The position numbers were made by a program, and so were the translations under genes. DNA of 64,000 nucleotides from Nemertoderma westbladi (lineage: Eukaryota; Animalia; Xenacoelomorpha): NCBI GenBank assembly GCA_032718475.1, contig JAUCBJ010004774.1:26556-90555 (forward strand), read 5' to 3'. Positions 45,188-56,111 of the stretch are shown one piece after another. Below the pieces are notes generated by a model that was not told the origin of the DNA, searched no databases, and worked only from the letters and a program-made list of their open reading frames with translations. Position 1 is the stretch's first letter. The number at the start of each line of letters is the position of its first letter.

Positions 45188-47293
45188 ATGTCTGACACAA
45201 AGCAAAATCTGTCAGACAGTCTCTTAGATACAACCATCTGTGACCCAGACAGGAGTGTGGAACGTGTAGGACCGAAGTTCAACTCACCTCCTACTGTAAG
45301 AAAGATCATCCCTCCCGTAGTAATATCAGACCCTAGGCTAGTCCAACATCGTAGGTCTGTCATAGGCACTAGAGCTCAGGTCAAGCGGGACCAAGAAGTA
45401 GCGGAACAGCAACCACCCGCGAGCCGAGAACTTATTTCTCAACGGCCCGACAGCTCCAGTAGTGAGGATACTGTAGAGCTGACACCCGAGCGCGGAGCAA
45501 AGATGACGGATGCGGTTTATTCGGATCCCCTTCTCATCCTTCCTGCAGCTGTACTCACTAGAGTATTGATCGCGGTGGAAGAACACCAGATTGATTGGGC
45601 GAGAAGTAAGCGATCGACCAAGGATAGTTATGCGGGATACACAAGGGAAGAACTGAAGTCTATTGTCGAGTCGCAATGGAACTTCCCCGGACCCGGACTC
45701 CCGTTTGACTTATCGGAAGCTGCCTGGGAAGACATACACAGGATGGGAGTAACAAAAGAAACCATCGATCCAGCTGTGTGGAAGAGGTCAGCAGCAGGAT
45801 ACGTAAAGGAATTCTTCAGCTCTATGGAGCGATTAAAAGAACAACTGTTTCAACAACCCCAAGGACCTCAAGAGCAGGGACAGCTGCTTTATCACGTTAG
45901 AGAAAGAATTCTACGAATCAGGCTAATCTTATCGGCCTTTGAGGAGGCTTCTAAAAGAAGACAAGACACGTCGTTGCAAGTTGCCGTAAAGACTTGGTTT
46001 CAACGGGTGAGTCTCCAGGTTCAAGGAACGGCTCAGTGGAAAGCTCAGCTAGATGAGCGCTCAACCCATGGAGAATCAACAGACGCTACATTTTCCCAAG
46101 TGGAAAGTGAAGTGACGGCAGAGAAACCGCATAAGAGGGATGCCATTGACATCTATCTGTCAGACTATCAACGTTTTGTAGGAGATGAAGAGTGGAGGAG
46201 AAGGCTAGCGGGACTTAGCCCTAATAGTGAAGGAGCCAAGCTTGTGTTGGACGCAATAGATGCGGATAGGATAGCTGCGAACCAAGCTACATTTGATGAA
46301 CGCCTCCGCATCACTAGGGTCCAAGAAGAACAAGTAAAGAAAAAACGTATAGAAGACAGAAAGACAGCGGCAGTGGCAGCAGCAGTAGTAGCGGCAGAAG
46401 CGAAAAGAAAAGCGGCAGCGGCAGCAGCAGCGGCAGAGGTAGAAGCGGAAAGAAAGGCGGTAGAAGTGAAAAGAAAGGTGGCAGTGGCAGCGGCCGAAGT
46501 GGAAAGAAAGGCGGCAGTGACAGCGGCCGAAGCGGAAAGAAAGGCGGTAGTGGCAGCGGCAGAGGCAGTGGCAGAAGCTGAAAGAAGAGCATCTGAAGAG
46601 ACCACCCAACTGGAGTTGGAAAATATTCAAGAGAATCAAAACTGCATAAATAAACAGTTAACAGCTAGTCATATGCAGATGATGAATCGATCTACTCCCA
46701 AAAGACAGGGATATACATCATCTGAGGAAGGCGATACCACCGATACTGAAGGTGGAGGAAATAGATCTCGTCTCAGCAGACGTAGAAGAATGTCCCACCG
46801 TCAGAAATTGCCTGATTTGCCCCCAGCTGTTAGAAGGCAACTAACTAACACAGGCTTAGGTAGTACAGAACCCACAGACCAAATAATTAAAATAGAAAGA
46901 CTCCCTACTATAGTAGATGAGCCTGAAATAATTAGGCCTGTTCTCGAAGCCACCCCCTCGGTGATAGAGACACCTGTACTCCCTGAACCTATCTCTAAAT
47001 TCCCTCTGCACAGCACCAAGCTACCTGTGCCCAGCAGAACAGCCCATGAGACAGTTCATGTCCTGGACTCCGAGCGAAATATTAATGATTTGTCGCCCGT
47101 TGTCCCTCGTCCGCCCACTACAACGTTGGCGGCTCCCGCTTCGGCGGTCGAGTGGGTAGATGAGAGACGGCGGGGGATGGATCTCCTGCTCGGGCAGATG
47201 CAGGAGACTGTTAAGCAGTTCAAGGGCACAGTAAGGGAAAGTAGGTTAGAGTTGCAAGAAGTGCAGCAAAGTATCGCGTTAGAACGCGATTAA
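45188..47293 (+). CDS. Element 2 ORF1: Gag N-terminal extension (Ala/Glu/Lys coiled coil)
   Basis: ATG at 45188; (A)AAEAERK repeats; same frame as 47336-50107, separated by a single TAA. Confidence 0.7.
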   Translation: MSDTKQNLSDSLLDTTICDPDRSVERVGPKFNSPPTVRKIIPPVVISDPRLVQHRRSVIGTRAQVKRDQEVAEQQPPASRELISQRPDSSSSEDTVELTPERGAKMTDAVYSDPLLILPAAVLTRVLIAVEEHQIDWARSKRSTKDSYAGYTREELKSIVESQWNFPGPGLPFDLSEAAWEDIHRMGVTKETIDPAVWKRSAAGYVKEFFSSMERLKEQLFQQPQGPQEQGQLLYHVRERILRIRLILSAFEEASKRRQDTSLQVAVKTWFQRVSLQVQGTAQWKAQLDERSTHGESTDATFSQVESEVTAEKPHKRDAIDIYLSDYQRFVGDEEWRRRLAGLSPNSEGAKLVLDAIDADRIAANQATFDERLRITRVQEEQVKKKRIEDRKTAAVAAAVVAAEAKRKAAAAAAAAEVEAERKAVEVKRKVAVAAAEVERKAAVTAAEAERKAVVAAAEAVAEAERRASEETTQLELENIQENQNCINKQLTASHMQMMNRSTPKRQGYTSSEEGDTTDTEGGGNRSRLSRRRRMSHRQKLPDLPPAVRRQLTNTGLGSTEPTDQIIKIERLPTIVDEPEIIRPVLEATPSVIETPVLPEPISKFPLHSTKLPVPSRTAHETVHVLDSERNINDLSPVVPRPPTTTLAAPASAVEWVDERRRGMDLLLGQMQETVKQFKGTVRESRLELQEVQQSIALERD

Positions 47294-47335
47294 TTAGTAA
47301 ATATACAAAAGGGTATAACACCACCCCCTGTAACA

Positions 47336-50107
47336 ATGTGTCAACCTGTTAGGTCTGAAGTATTTCATGCGCAAGGTGTGGAGCCTACACGCATCTATAC
47401 TGCTAGCGAAGTGGAAACTCCTATAGTAAACCCTATTAAGGGTAATTATAAACCTGTTGACAATGATATCCCATATAGACTTGATAATAATCCGAGAAAT
47501 TTATATACCGATAACTCGATATTAAATAACACGATGGCCCAAGAAAGTTTTACGCGTCAAATGGCTAGAACCGAAGCCCGTCAAGCGGTAAAGGTGGGAG
47601 AGATCGTCAAGTTCAATGGAGATGAGATGAAATGGTTACCTTTTAATGAATATTACAAAGATAACATACAGAACTCTGTGCTATCTAACGGAGAGAAACT
47701 TAGATTCCTCATCGAGTGCTTGGAAGGATCTCCCAAGTTAATGGCGTTAAAGTTTATTGGACATCCCGATGGATTAAGACAAGTTTGGGATACCCTAAAC
47801 ATCAGGTATGGTAATAGGACTAACATAGCTAGGTATTTATATGCGAAATTAATGACGCCCCGAAAGTTTCTTAGCAGCGGGATTATAGAGTTTTCCGACG
47901 AGATTCAGGAGATCTGTAGACAACTAGATTGGTTAGGTAAGTCTCATGAATACCAGAATTCTATGGTTGTAGGAGCCTTAGCATCTACTTTGCCCAAGGG
48001 TGGAGTAGGTACACGCTGGGACAAGAAAGTGTTATATATGATGGAACAACAACGAAGAGACCCTACCATGGCTGATCTCATGTCATTCTTAGATGGAGAG
48101 GTAAAATTACAGCTCCTAAAGCAGTCCAGAGAGAAGACACCGGAAAATAAGGTAAGTGAGAAACCCGTTTCTAGGAGAAAGGTAATACCAGTGTGTTATG
48201 CAGACGACGGCGAAAGCCAGGCTTCTCAAGAGGAAGACAGCGGGAAAGACACTGAAAGATCTTACTATGACAACAAAGCGCCTAAGGACGTAAGTAAATT
48301 CAAGTCTCGAACCAATGACAGGAGAGAACAGGTAAGAAAAACTCCTCCTACGTCTCCTAAGAGAATTCATGTAAGAAAGCCCGAGGAAAGAACGAGTGTG
48401 CACAACGTTACCCAAAGTAAGGTAAGTAACATCAAACCAAAATGTGTGCTGTGTGACGGGCCCCACCGTTTAAATGCGTGTGATGAATTCCTGAGGAAAT
48501 CACTAAAGGACAGACGTGAGGTCATGTGGGATAAGCGGTTGTGTTATAATTGCCTCAGACGAGGACACCAACGGCGAACCTGTTATTCCGACGCAAGGTG
48601 TGCAAAGTGCGGCGTAAAACATCATATCTTGTTGCACACTGAATTCGATCGAAACAGCTCGAGTCAGGTAAGTGAGTCCGAACTACATGTCCAATTCAGT
48701 GATGTGAACGACACTGACCAAAGTTCTGAGATGGAAGGATTCTATACGGACGAATTCTCCGACGAAAACGAATCCTGTTACCTGATAAATACCGCAGTGT
48801 ATCGAGCACTTACGTATGAAAAGGACACCGACAGCGAGCTCCCCCTAACTACTTCTGAACGACAACCATCTTGGAAAGCACCAACTTCCAATGTAGGAAT
48901 CCGAGAATTTCCTGTAGTACAGTTAAGGGTCCACGGACCTAAAAGGAGTTATATAGTGAACGCCCTCCTTGACTCCGGTAGCACAGGAACATTCATCGAC
49001 AAAGAACTAGCCGAAGACATCTTTGCTGGACAACCCAAGTTCCGAACTAAGTTAAACATGTCAGGAATTATGCAGGTTTGGAAATCTACAGTAATAACGG
49101 ATTATTATGTAGGTGCGTTGTCCACCCCCCAGGATGAACTAGGAGAACACAGCATAAGGTCAGTAAAAATGGTGGCGATAAAGAACTTCGCTACCAGCCA
49201 AGTAGAACCTTATAACTGGGATGAGGACGATTCCACCCAGCAGCTTAATATACCTAGATTCAACACAGACTACCCTGGAGTGCAAATACTCATTGGCCAA
49301 AATGCGCATGAGGCGCTTGAGACATTGGAGAAACGGCCTGCTCAACCGCAACCACTACAAGTCTATGCGGGAAGAACTAGAGTAGGTTGGTACTTTACTG
49401 GCCCTTCCCGTAGAACTCTCATAGAAAGGTTACCAAAAGAACGGGTATACCAAGTAAGTGAATGGGAAGCGGAGAGCAGTGAGGTGGACGACCCAACTGA
49501 GGGAACACCATACTCCTCAGATAATGACGATATTAACTCCAATGTAGATCAATGGAGACATTGCCCCGAGACGATTAATCTGGCTGACATCGCTTCCAGA
49601 GGAGAAACTCCTCAAGAACTGACAGATACTCCAGACTGGTTAGGTGGACCCGACTTCCTAAGTAAAGAAGATGAATGGTCTCCCCATCTTACCACGGCTG
49701 AGATTAGACAAGCCAAGGGAGCGGAGAAAGTCAAACCTAAAACCCGGACGAGTAAATCAAGGTTATTTAAACCCGTGATAGATCTGTCTGTATTACACAT
49801 TGCCAGGGACGACGCTGTGGATCTAAACTCCCCCACCGCGAACCGATCTGTTGTGGAGATCAGAGAGAGAGACTGGAGATCTGGAACACCAGACGTCTCG
49901 CCGGGACTCTCACCTCTCCTGCCGGGAGCGATGGACCACTATAGATCCTGGAATCGGCTTTGTAAGGCCGTCGTGTATTTGAAGCGATGTTTCTATCGCC
50001 ACTATTCCAGGACGAAGAGGAAACCTGGAATTGTCTTCGAGACACAGCAGCTCAATCGCCCAGTTGGTCGTTTATGTTTACTGGAAAGAGACAGGGAACT
50101 CTCCTGA
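47336..50107 (+). CDS. Element 2 Gag-protease fused to an RNase H C-terminal remnant
   Basis: KFNGD..WLPF; BEL triple knuckles CVLCDGPHRLNAC / CYNCLRRGHQRRTC / CAKCGVKHHILLH; ALLDSGST; then directly QWRHCP..NLADIASRG..WLGGPDFL. Confidence 0.85.
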   Translation: MCQPVRSEVFHAQGVEPTRIYTASEVETPIVNPIKGNYKPVDNDIPYRLDNNPRNLYTDNSILNNTMAQESFTRQMARTEARQAVKVGEIVKFNGDEMKWLPFNEYYKDNIQNSVLSNGEKLRFLIECLEGSPKLMALKFIGHPDGLRQVWDTLNIRYGNRTNIARYLYAKLMTPRKFLSSGIIEFSDEIQEICRQLDWLGKSHEYQNSMVVGALASTLPKGGVGTRWDKKVLYMMEQQRRDPTMADLMSFLDGEVKLQLLKQSREKTPENKVSEKPVSRRKVIPVCYADDGESQASQEEDSGKDTERSYYDNKAPKDVSKFKSRTNDRREQVRKTPPTSPKRIHVRKPEERTSVHNVTQSKVSNIKPKCVLCDGPHRLNACDEFLRKSLKDRREVMWDKRLCYNCLRRGHQRRTCYSDARCAKCGVKHHILLHTEFDRNSSSQVSESELHVQFSDVNDTDQSSEMEGFYTDEFSDENESCYLINTAVYRALTYEKDTDSELPLTTSERQPSWKAPTSNVGIREFPVVQLRVHGPKRSYIVNALLDSGSTGTFIDKELAEDIFAGQPKFRTKLNMSGIMQVWKSTVITDYYVGALSTPQDELGEHSIRSVKMVAIKNFATSQVEPYNWDEDDSTQQLNIPRFNTDYPGVQILIGQNAHEALETLEKRPAQPQPLQVYAGRTRVGWYFTGPSRRTLIERLPKERVYQVSEWEAESSEVDDPTEGTPYSSDNDDINSNVDQWRHCPETINLADIASRGETPQELTDTPDWLGGPDFLSKEDEWSPHLTTAEIRQAKGAEKVKPKTRTSKSRLFKPVIDLSVLHIARDDAVDLNSPTANRSVVEIRERDWRSGTPDVSPGLSPLLPGAMDHYRSWNRLCKAVVYLKRCFYRHYSRTKRKPGIVFETQQLNRPVGRLCLLERDRELS

Positions 50108-51816
50108 AACTATGGAAGACAAGATACTCTTCCCACGACCACCTCCCTAATCCAACAAACATCTAGGGACTCCCCAGCTTAGCAGCGTCTGGAGTGGGTG
50201 TGTGACCATATTATTTTATATTCTTATTATTTTATATTTATGTATGTATTATTATGTAATTTTATTATAATCGTTTTCGTTAATTTTATTTAGTAGAATG
50301 TTATTTTAGCGATTATTTAGTAAATTAGTGCAATATATATTCGCGTTTATTACTTAATTACTTATATATTATATATTTAGTGTGACGGCGAGAAATAATT
50401 CTTTTTTCTCTTTCGTTACTGTCCGTATTATATTACAAATACGTAACTACAGTAAGATGAAATATCCATACTTATTAAAGTACAATAAAGCTCCTACTAT
50501 ATTCAAGTATTATTGGTAAGTAGAGTATTAGGAATGCAAAATTCAGATCCTCGTGTCTCGGCTAAACCAAGCTCTGGGTAGACCTTGGAAACGACTTGCC
50601 TCTTCTCACTGACATTGCTTCGTGCGATATTGCTCTCATACCGTATATTAAATAATACATATAGTAGCGTGATGTCCCTTTAACAGTAGCGTATAACGCA
50701 AAATAAATCTGTTAAACCCTTTGACCATCTGCAATTCTAGTCGATTAAGATATCGCGGCACCCACGGATATACTTGAAAGACAAAATTCTAGAATCAGTG
50801 GTTAACGTCCCCAGACAAGTTCTGGAATAAACTGGTGCCCATCTTAAATATTAATTATTAATATTTATAAAATCTGTCAAATTTCAGATCCTTTAAAATT
50901 CTAGTTGATTAAGATATCGTAGCACTTACCGATACTCTTAAAAGACAAAATTCCTAGAATCAAGGATCCTAGTCCCCAGACATGTTCTGGAATAAAATTG
51001 TGTCTATTTAATATTAAATAATAAAATTTATGGGAATAAATCTAAATTCATATTTTAATGAATTTGATAAATTGTCATTTTTATACAATTTATAACATTC
51101 CCAAAATTCCATTAATTAATAGATCATGGGAGCGGAGATTCACTCTATTAAGTGTATTTGTGTGCGAGAATCTCCAATATATAGTCAATAGCCGATAAAA
51201 TTCATAAAATCATGTATAGAGAGGATATTGACAATTAAAGAATTACTATTAAATAGCATCCCAGATCTGTATGCATGAGAATTACCCTAATTCTACCGCT
51301 AGCTTTCCATAATGTCACCATGGCAACAACCAAGCTAGAATTAGAAGTGAGTTAAAAGAACAATAGAAAGCTTGCCCCATTGAATAGCATAGGGAATAAA
51401 TAGCGCACTGCTAGTATCCAAGGATACATAATAAATAAAGTGACATTCTGGAAGGTACTGACTAACGGACAAATGGCCCGAATGTGTACAGTTTGTGGCA
51501 GTTGTGTTGAATTTGTGCGTTCATAGGTGAATGTTACTGCTAAAGTGTGTTTACAGTAGCTAGTCGCAATTGTGAAAGTAGCCCTAACTCTCCAGAAAGA
51601 ACCTGAAGTACATCTAAGCCTTTGGGACGGACAGTGGAGTGACTTGTGCCGGTTATCATTGTCGTTGTGTAGCTACATCGTTGGCGAAAGCACAGCGACG
51701 ACGGTACATCGGCGCTGAGGATCTTGCACTGTCCGGGGGCAAAGAGGGGTAGGCAGCGACGCCCGCTAGCCTAAAATATAAACTCATTATAATATTGATA
51801 AACTCATATAGCAGAT

Positions 51817-52194
51817 ATGACAGAGTTGATAGAAGATGATCTTGGTATCAGGGAGCGATATACTCTACCTTTACAAGCGTTTGTCGATAGCTTGATACGC
51901 GGCGACGCTGGTCCAACTACTATGGAGGATGATGGTCGTTATATCGAACCTCCAATGTCCCCGGAGCAACTTACGCGTGAATTGGATTATAGAAAGTTCA
52001 CCGCTCGCTATACGCATCGTAATGGTACGTATATGGACTTCTTAACTACTGGCCATCCTATCGATTTACACGATACGGACGATGAAGACACCGAAAGGGA
52101 AATGGTTTTATTTAAATATCATACCCAGCGGAGTCGGCACGATAAACCGAGAATAGAACACGAGAATTCTATTCGAAATCAACTCGAAAGATAG
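51817..52194 (+). CDS. Short ORF, possibly the 5' part or first exon of element 2 ORF3
   Basis: ATG preceded by GCAG; 125 aa, acidic; no recognisable motif. Confidence 0.35.
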   Translation: MTELIEDDLGIRERYTLPLQAFVDSLIRGDAGPTTMEDDGRYIEPPMSPEQLTRELDYRKFTARYTHRNGTYMDFLTTGHPIDLHDTDDEDTEREMVLFKYHTQRSRHDKPRIEHENSIRNQLER

Positions 52195-52948
52195 AACATG
52201 GAAGAAGGCTTGTAAAGACAAATAGAGGAGAACCACTGGAGAAGAGACATGGGTTAATGTCCAGGGTCCATAATGTGAATAGTTTTCCCCGGGGCACGGG
52301 TGCTCGCGGGCGGTCTCCTTCGGGAGGCTGTAATTTTCTCTTCCTTCATCGTTTTCCTGTAATTATTGTGATCAGTGTCACAATTAACAGGCAAGAATGA
52401 ATGATGACGTGACGGAAAACATGTCCATTGTGGTATCTTATGGATACTACCATATATCCTCCCTCCTCTTTACTTCCCTTATCCCTCTATACATCGCTAT
52501 TGAAAATACAACATACTTCGTCCCACCTTCTCTTCCCAACACGCTCGGAGCTTTGGGAGACGATCGACCGATCATTGCCGTATCGTGGTATTGATCATAC
52601 CTCCTCTTAATAAACCTCCCATCCCTTACTATTAATCTGGATGCTCATATTGGTGTCCGCACCTCCTGTCCATGTCACACTCTGTTGATATTTATGATAC
52701 CAACTTCCACCCTCTCGTTGTTGATTAGAAAATCAACCATCAATAATTTCCTTAAGTCCACAACCGTGATACAAGGACTGAAAGGACACGCGGATAGTTT
52801 GTGAACAACTGGTACCATTGTGTGTCATAAATCTAGTTGTTTACCTCCCTTAATGATTGGGGATATAAATCTTATGTAGAACAACTGAGACAAACATATC
52901 CTTGAACTGATTGTTCCCTGGGCAGAAGGCCGAGGTTTCTTCCGCACT

Positions 52949-54646
52949 ATGTATGCCAATACACCCAGCGGCATTACTAAAGTACAACGAACCTCCATCG
53001 GACATCTTGCCTTTCAAGAATACGGATGGAATTTTAAGGTTGGAAATCCTATCAATTACCAACAAGTATATGGAGATCATTATTCTCGTTTATACTTTGA
53101 TGGACCATTGACCGCACCTGGCGCCGTGTATAGCTTTATGAGTGTTCCACTTCGTCCCTCCTTAGCTATATACACGATCTTTGAAAACGCAGCACTTGCC
53201 GGTTGGCTAGCCGATGTGTGCAGTCGTACCATACGCGCCCATCCCTTAATACTTGGAACCAAACTCGCCAAGTTAGATGAACACAATAAATTCATCCGCT
53301 TCGAATGTTTCAGGCGCTTTCTGACTCCGTTCCGTAACGTTGATAGTCAGTTCAAGGACCGCGCTCTGACCAAACTCAGCCTAAGAGACTCAGCTGCGGA
53401 GAAGCTAAACAGCGCGGGATTTGCCCTCTTTCAGGACGTTTGTATACAGAACTTACATTCATCTGTTATACAAAGACCCCGAATCCCCACGGGTTATTCT
53501 GTCGTGGAAGTTCAGACAGTGGGTCCGCTTGCGGAGACAGCCGCACCTACCTCAGCTATGCAATTGGAAGACGAACCAATCTGCTTAGAGTCTGAAGCGA
53601 TCCAGCCTACAGCGCCCCGGAGCAGCGATAACGATTACATCTTGGAGTGGTATCAAGGTCCACAATGTCTCACCGCATACGATTATCGACACGCCAACTA
53701 CGTTTCTCGAAAACGTTGTCGATTATGCGCATCGAGAGACCATTTCACCCCTATGGACTCAGACGTACCCTGCTCCTATTTCCACGAACAACCAATGATG
53801 GAGATCTATTATGCGTATTGCAGACTTAATAACTCGCATATTTTTGCAGTCTGCCCCCAATTTATGACCCAATGCCACCACTGTCAACTTAAAGGACATG
53901 CCAGTTATAATTGCCCCTTTAACCGCGATTTAGAAAGCGTAGATGAGATGATTACCCTGCGCTACATCCGAGCTTGGGAAGCGAACGCGGATTTACATTG
54001 TGAGTCCCGCCATCGCTACTACCCTGGACGCTCTTACGAGGGAGTTTACGCATTCCATCCTTATTTATTCGCGTCTGTGGAACAAAAAACACGCACACCG
54101 AGTTACGAACTAATGAAGCGTGTTGGTGAGTGTATTTCCACCAAATTTGTTCGAAAATATCTTAGGAACGTCAATCCTAACGATATTACTTCATATCATT
54201 TGATCAATTTCATCCGTCAAGACCCTGAGTATGGCGATTTATTTATCAACTCGCACCCTGAGTTACAGGAAGTATCTCGACGGCCCTACGAATATCGAGC
54301 CCGAGAACGCGAGCTGGAAAGAACCATTAAACCAAGGAAGTTTCTCACCACTCACGGTCCGCCTACCGCCATTGTCCAGACGACCCGTCAAGGACCCGTA
54401 GGAGCTGCTGTCCTAAGACGCGCCCTAAAGGCCGTTAGACCTCGTTCCACTGAAGTTGATATCGATCAACCAGGTACCTCGACCGGCGGATACACCGATC
54501 GTAATCCTAAACCTTCTGATGCAATTGTATTGCACCCTTCACCCAGGAGTTACAGCCCTCCTAGTAAAGTGGCTCGCCCCAAAGAGAAAAGGACTCTTGC
54601 TAGCCTCAAAAAACTGCGTAAACGCCGTCCGCGTAAGAAAGACTAA
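52949..54646 (+). CDS. Element 2 ORF3: homologue of element 1 ORF3 (C-terminal half of the exonuclease-like domain plus CCHC knuckles)
   Basis: Gapless match K-x10-YG-x9-G-x7-VYxF-x11-YxxxE to element 1; knuckle cluster ending CHHCQLKGHASYNC; shared R.(F/W)E..AD....R.R motif. Confidence 0.75.
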   Translation: MYANTPSGITKVQRTSIGHLAFQEYGWNFKVGNPINYQQVYGDHYSRLYFDGPLTAPGAVYSFMSVPLRPSLAIYTIFENAALAGWLADVCSRTIRAHPLILGTKLAKLDEHNKFIRFECFRRFLTPFRNVDSQFKDRALTKLSLRDSAAEKLNSAGFALFQDVCIQNLHSSVIQRPRIPTGYSVVEVQTVGPLAETAAPTSAMQLEDEPICLESEAIQPTAPRSSDNDYILEWYQGPQCLTAYDYRHANYVSRKRCRLCASRDHFTPMDSDVPCSYFHEQPMMEIYYAYCRLNNSHIFAVCPQFMTQCHHCQLKGHASYNCPFNRDLESVDEMITLRYIRAWEANADLHCESRHRYYPGRSYEGVYAFHPYLFASVEQKTRTPSYELMKRVGECISTKFVRKYLRNVNPNDITSYHLINFIRQDPEYGDLFINSHPELQEVSRRPYEYRARERELERTIKPRKFLTTHGPPTAIVQTTRQGPVGAAVLRRALKAVRPRSTEVDIDQPGTSTGGYTDRNPKPSDAIVLHPSPRSYSPPSKVARPKEKRTLASLKKLRKRRPRKKD

Positions 54647-54724
54647 CTGTTTAGAGTATTTTTATATTTTAGAAACTGTGATTTGTTATATTTTATAGAC
54701 TTAAATCCCATTTTCTGGGAGCGG

Positions 54725-55868
54725 TGTAAAGGCTTTTGCGGAATTAGCCGGTTATTTTCCCCGTAAAGTACTCTGTAGTTGGTTTAACAGGCATAAAAGG
54801 CCGTGTCCTTACTGTACTGGTGTTTTAGAGGACATAAAAGCCATTTCTTCTGTATGTGTACTTTAGCGGACATAATTAGCAATTCTATGATGCAATACGC
54901 CGGATCCTCTTGAAACAGTGTAGCTACCATGACGACGGCTAACAGCTGATGCTGTACACGTGGAGCTTTTTCTTTGTTCTCTGTTCCTTCTTTGTTCGGT
55001 CGACCAATCAGAGCGTTTTTTGCCTCTGCGTTAGAGATTGTATACGGAAACTCGTGGAGTTGAGTCAGTATGTGATTTTGTCCACAGCCTAGAACACCGG
55101 CTTTGGAACCTCCGTGTTTCAGTCTTTAGCCCAACATTAGTAGGCTTAATTATAGAACGTATATCTGCTATCAAACTGATCATAACATAACTTAACTTAA
55201 ACTTTGTACTGCTATTTACTGTCGGTTATTCATTATATTTGTTGATGGAATATTATATTTGGAATACTGATAAATAATCAGACACCCCAATCTTCTTGAT
55301 ATACTAAAGGTTAGAGAGACCGGTTACATATAACGATTGCGACTTACATTAAGTGGTTTGAAGTGAATCTAATGCTATTTCATAGGCCCTACATGTATTG
55401 TCTGTTGTTCTCTTTATATGTGACTAAAATTAGTGAAGGTCGGCAGATTAGTGTGCAGCATTGTGCAGTATTGTGTATGATTGTGACTGATAACAAAGCA
55501 TCTCCTAAAGAATGCGCCATATACGTGAATCTATAGCCATCCCGTTGTGTTTAGTTTAAGTCATAACTCTGTTTACATATTTAGAGCGCCACGTCCTAAA
55601 GGAACTGTTAATATTTCCCGAAAGTGAATAATATTTGTCAGAGATTATATATTACGATCAGTCGAATAATACAGTAGGCCTACACCGCAATACGGTTAGG
55701 CTTCCGAATCCAGTCTCCCGGGTATATCCAACGGGTGAATGATCGCGCATAGACTGGCTTCGGCTAATGTAGTGTATCAAATACTTGTCATAGGCTAAAG
55801 ACGATCTATCATCTAAAAGACATTCTAATTTGGCAGGTTAAACTGCTAAAGGTCTGAAAGCGCGAACA
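54725..55868 (+). repeat. 3' LTR of element 2
   Basis: TGTAAAGGC...GCGCGAACA, followed by TSD CTGCA. Confidence 0.95.
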
Positions 55869-55944
55869 CTGCATTATATAAAAAAAACGAAGAAAATAAT
55901 TGAAATAGTAATAATAATCTTTCAACATTAATTTCTTAATAAAG

Positions 55945-56111
55945 GTAATTTCTGAAGGGGTTTGGGAACTGAATGTTTTTCAACTGGATGTTGGCGATGT
56001 ACTAGATGTAACTCTGGTTTTACGTAGCGATAACGAAGTTGACAATAGAGAATCGACCTTCACGCAAACAATACGAGTTGTTAATTCCCGTCCACCGGAT
56101 CTAACCCTAAG
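55945..56111 (+). CDS. PKD1-like exon (REJ)
   Basis: VISEGVWELNVFQL..RESTFTQTIRVVNSRPPDLTL; phases consistent with neighbours. Confidence 0.75.

Larger units (their letters stand above)
41749..55868 (+). mobile_element. BEL/Pao-derived non-autonomous LTR element (element 2), 14.1 kb, with extra 3' ORF
   Basis: TG..CA LTRs of 1133 and 1144 bp; TSD CTGCA at 41744-41748 and 55869-55873; PPT-like GGGAGCGG before 54725; BEL-type gag and protease, but RT and integrase are missing. Confidence 0.92.

Noticed and set aside
51683-51725. Hammerhead ribozyme (GAAA and CTGAGGA cores)
   Set aside because: Stem II cannot close (C before GAAA versus T after CTGAGGA), and stems I/III do not form around a cleavage triplet.
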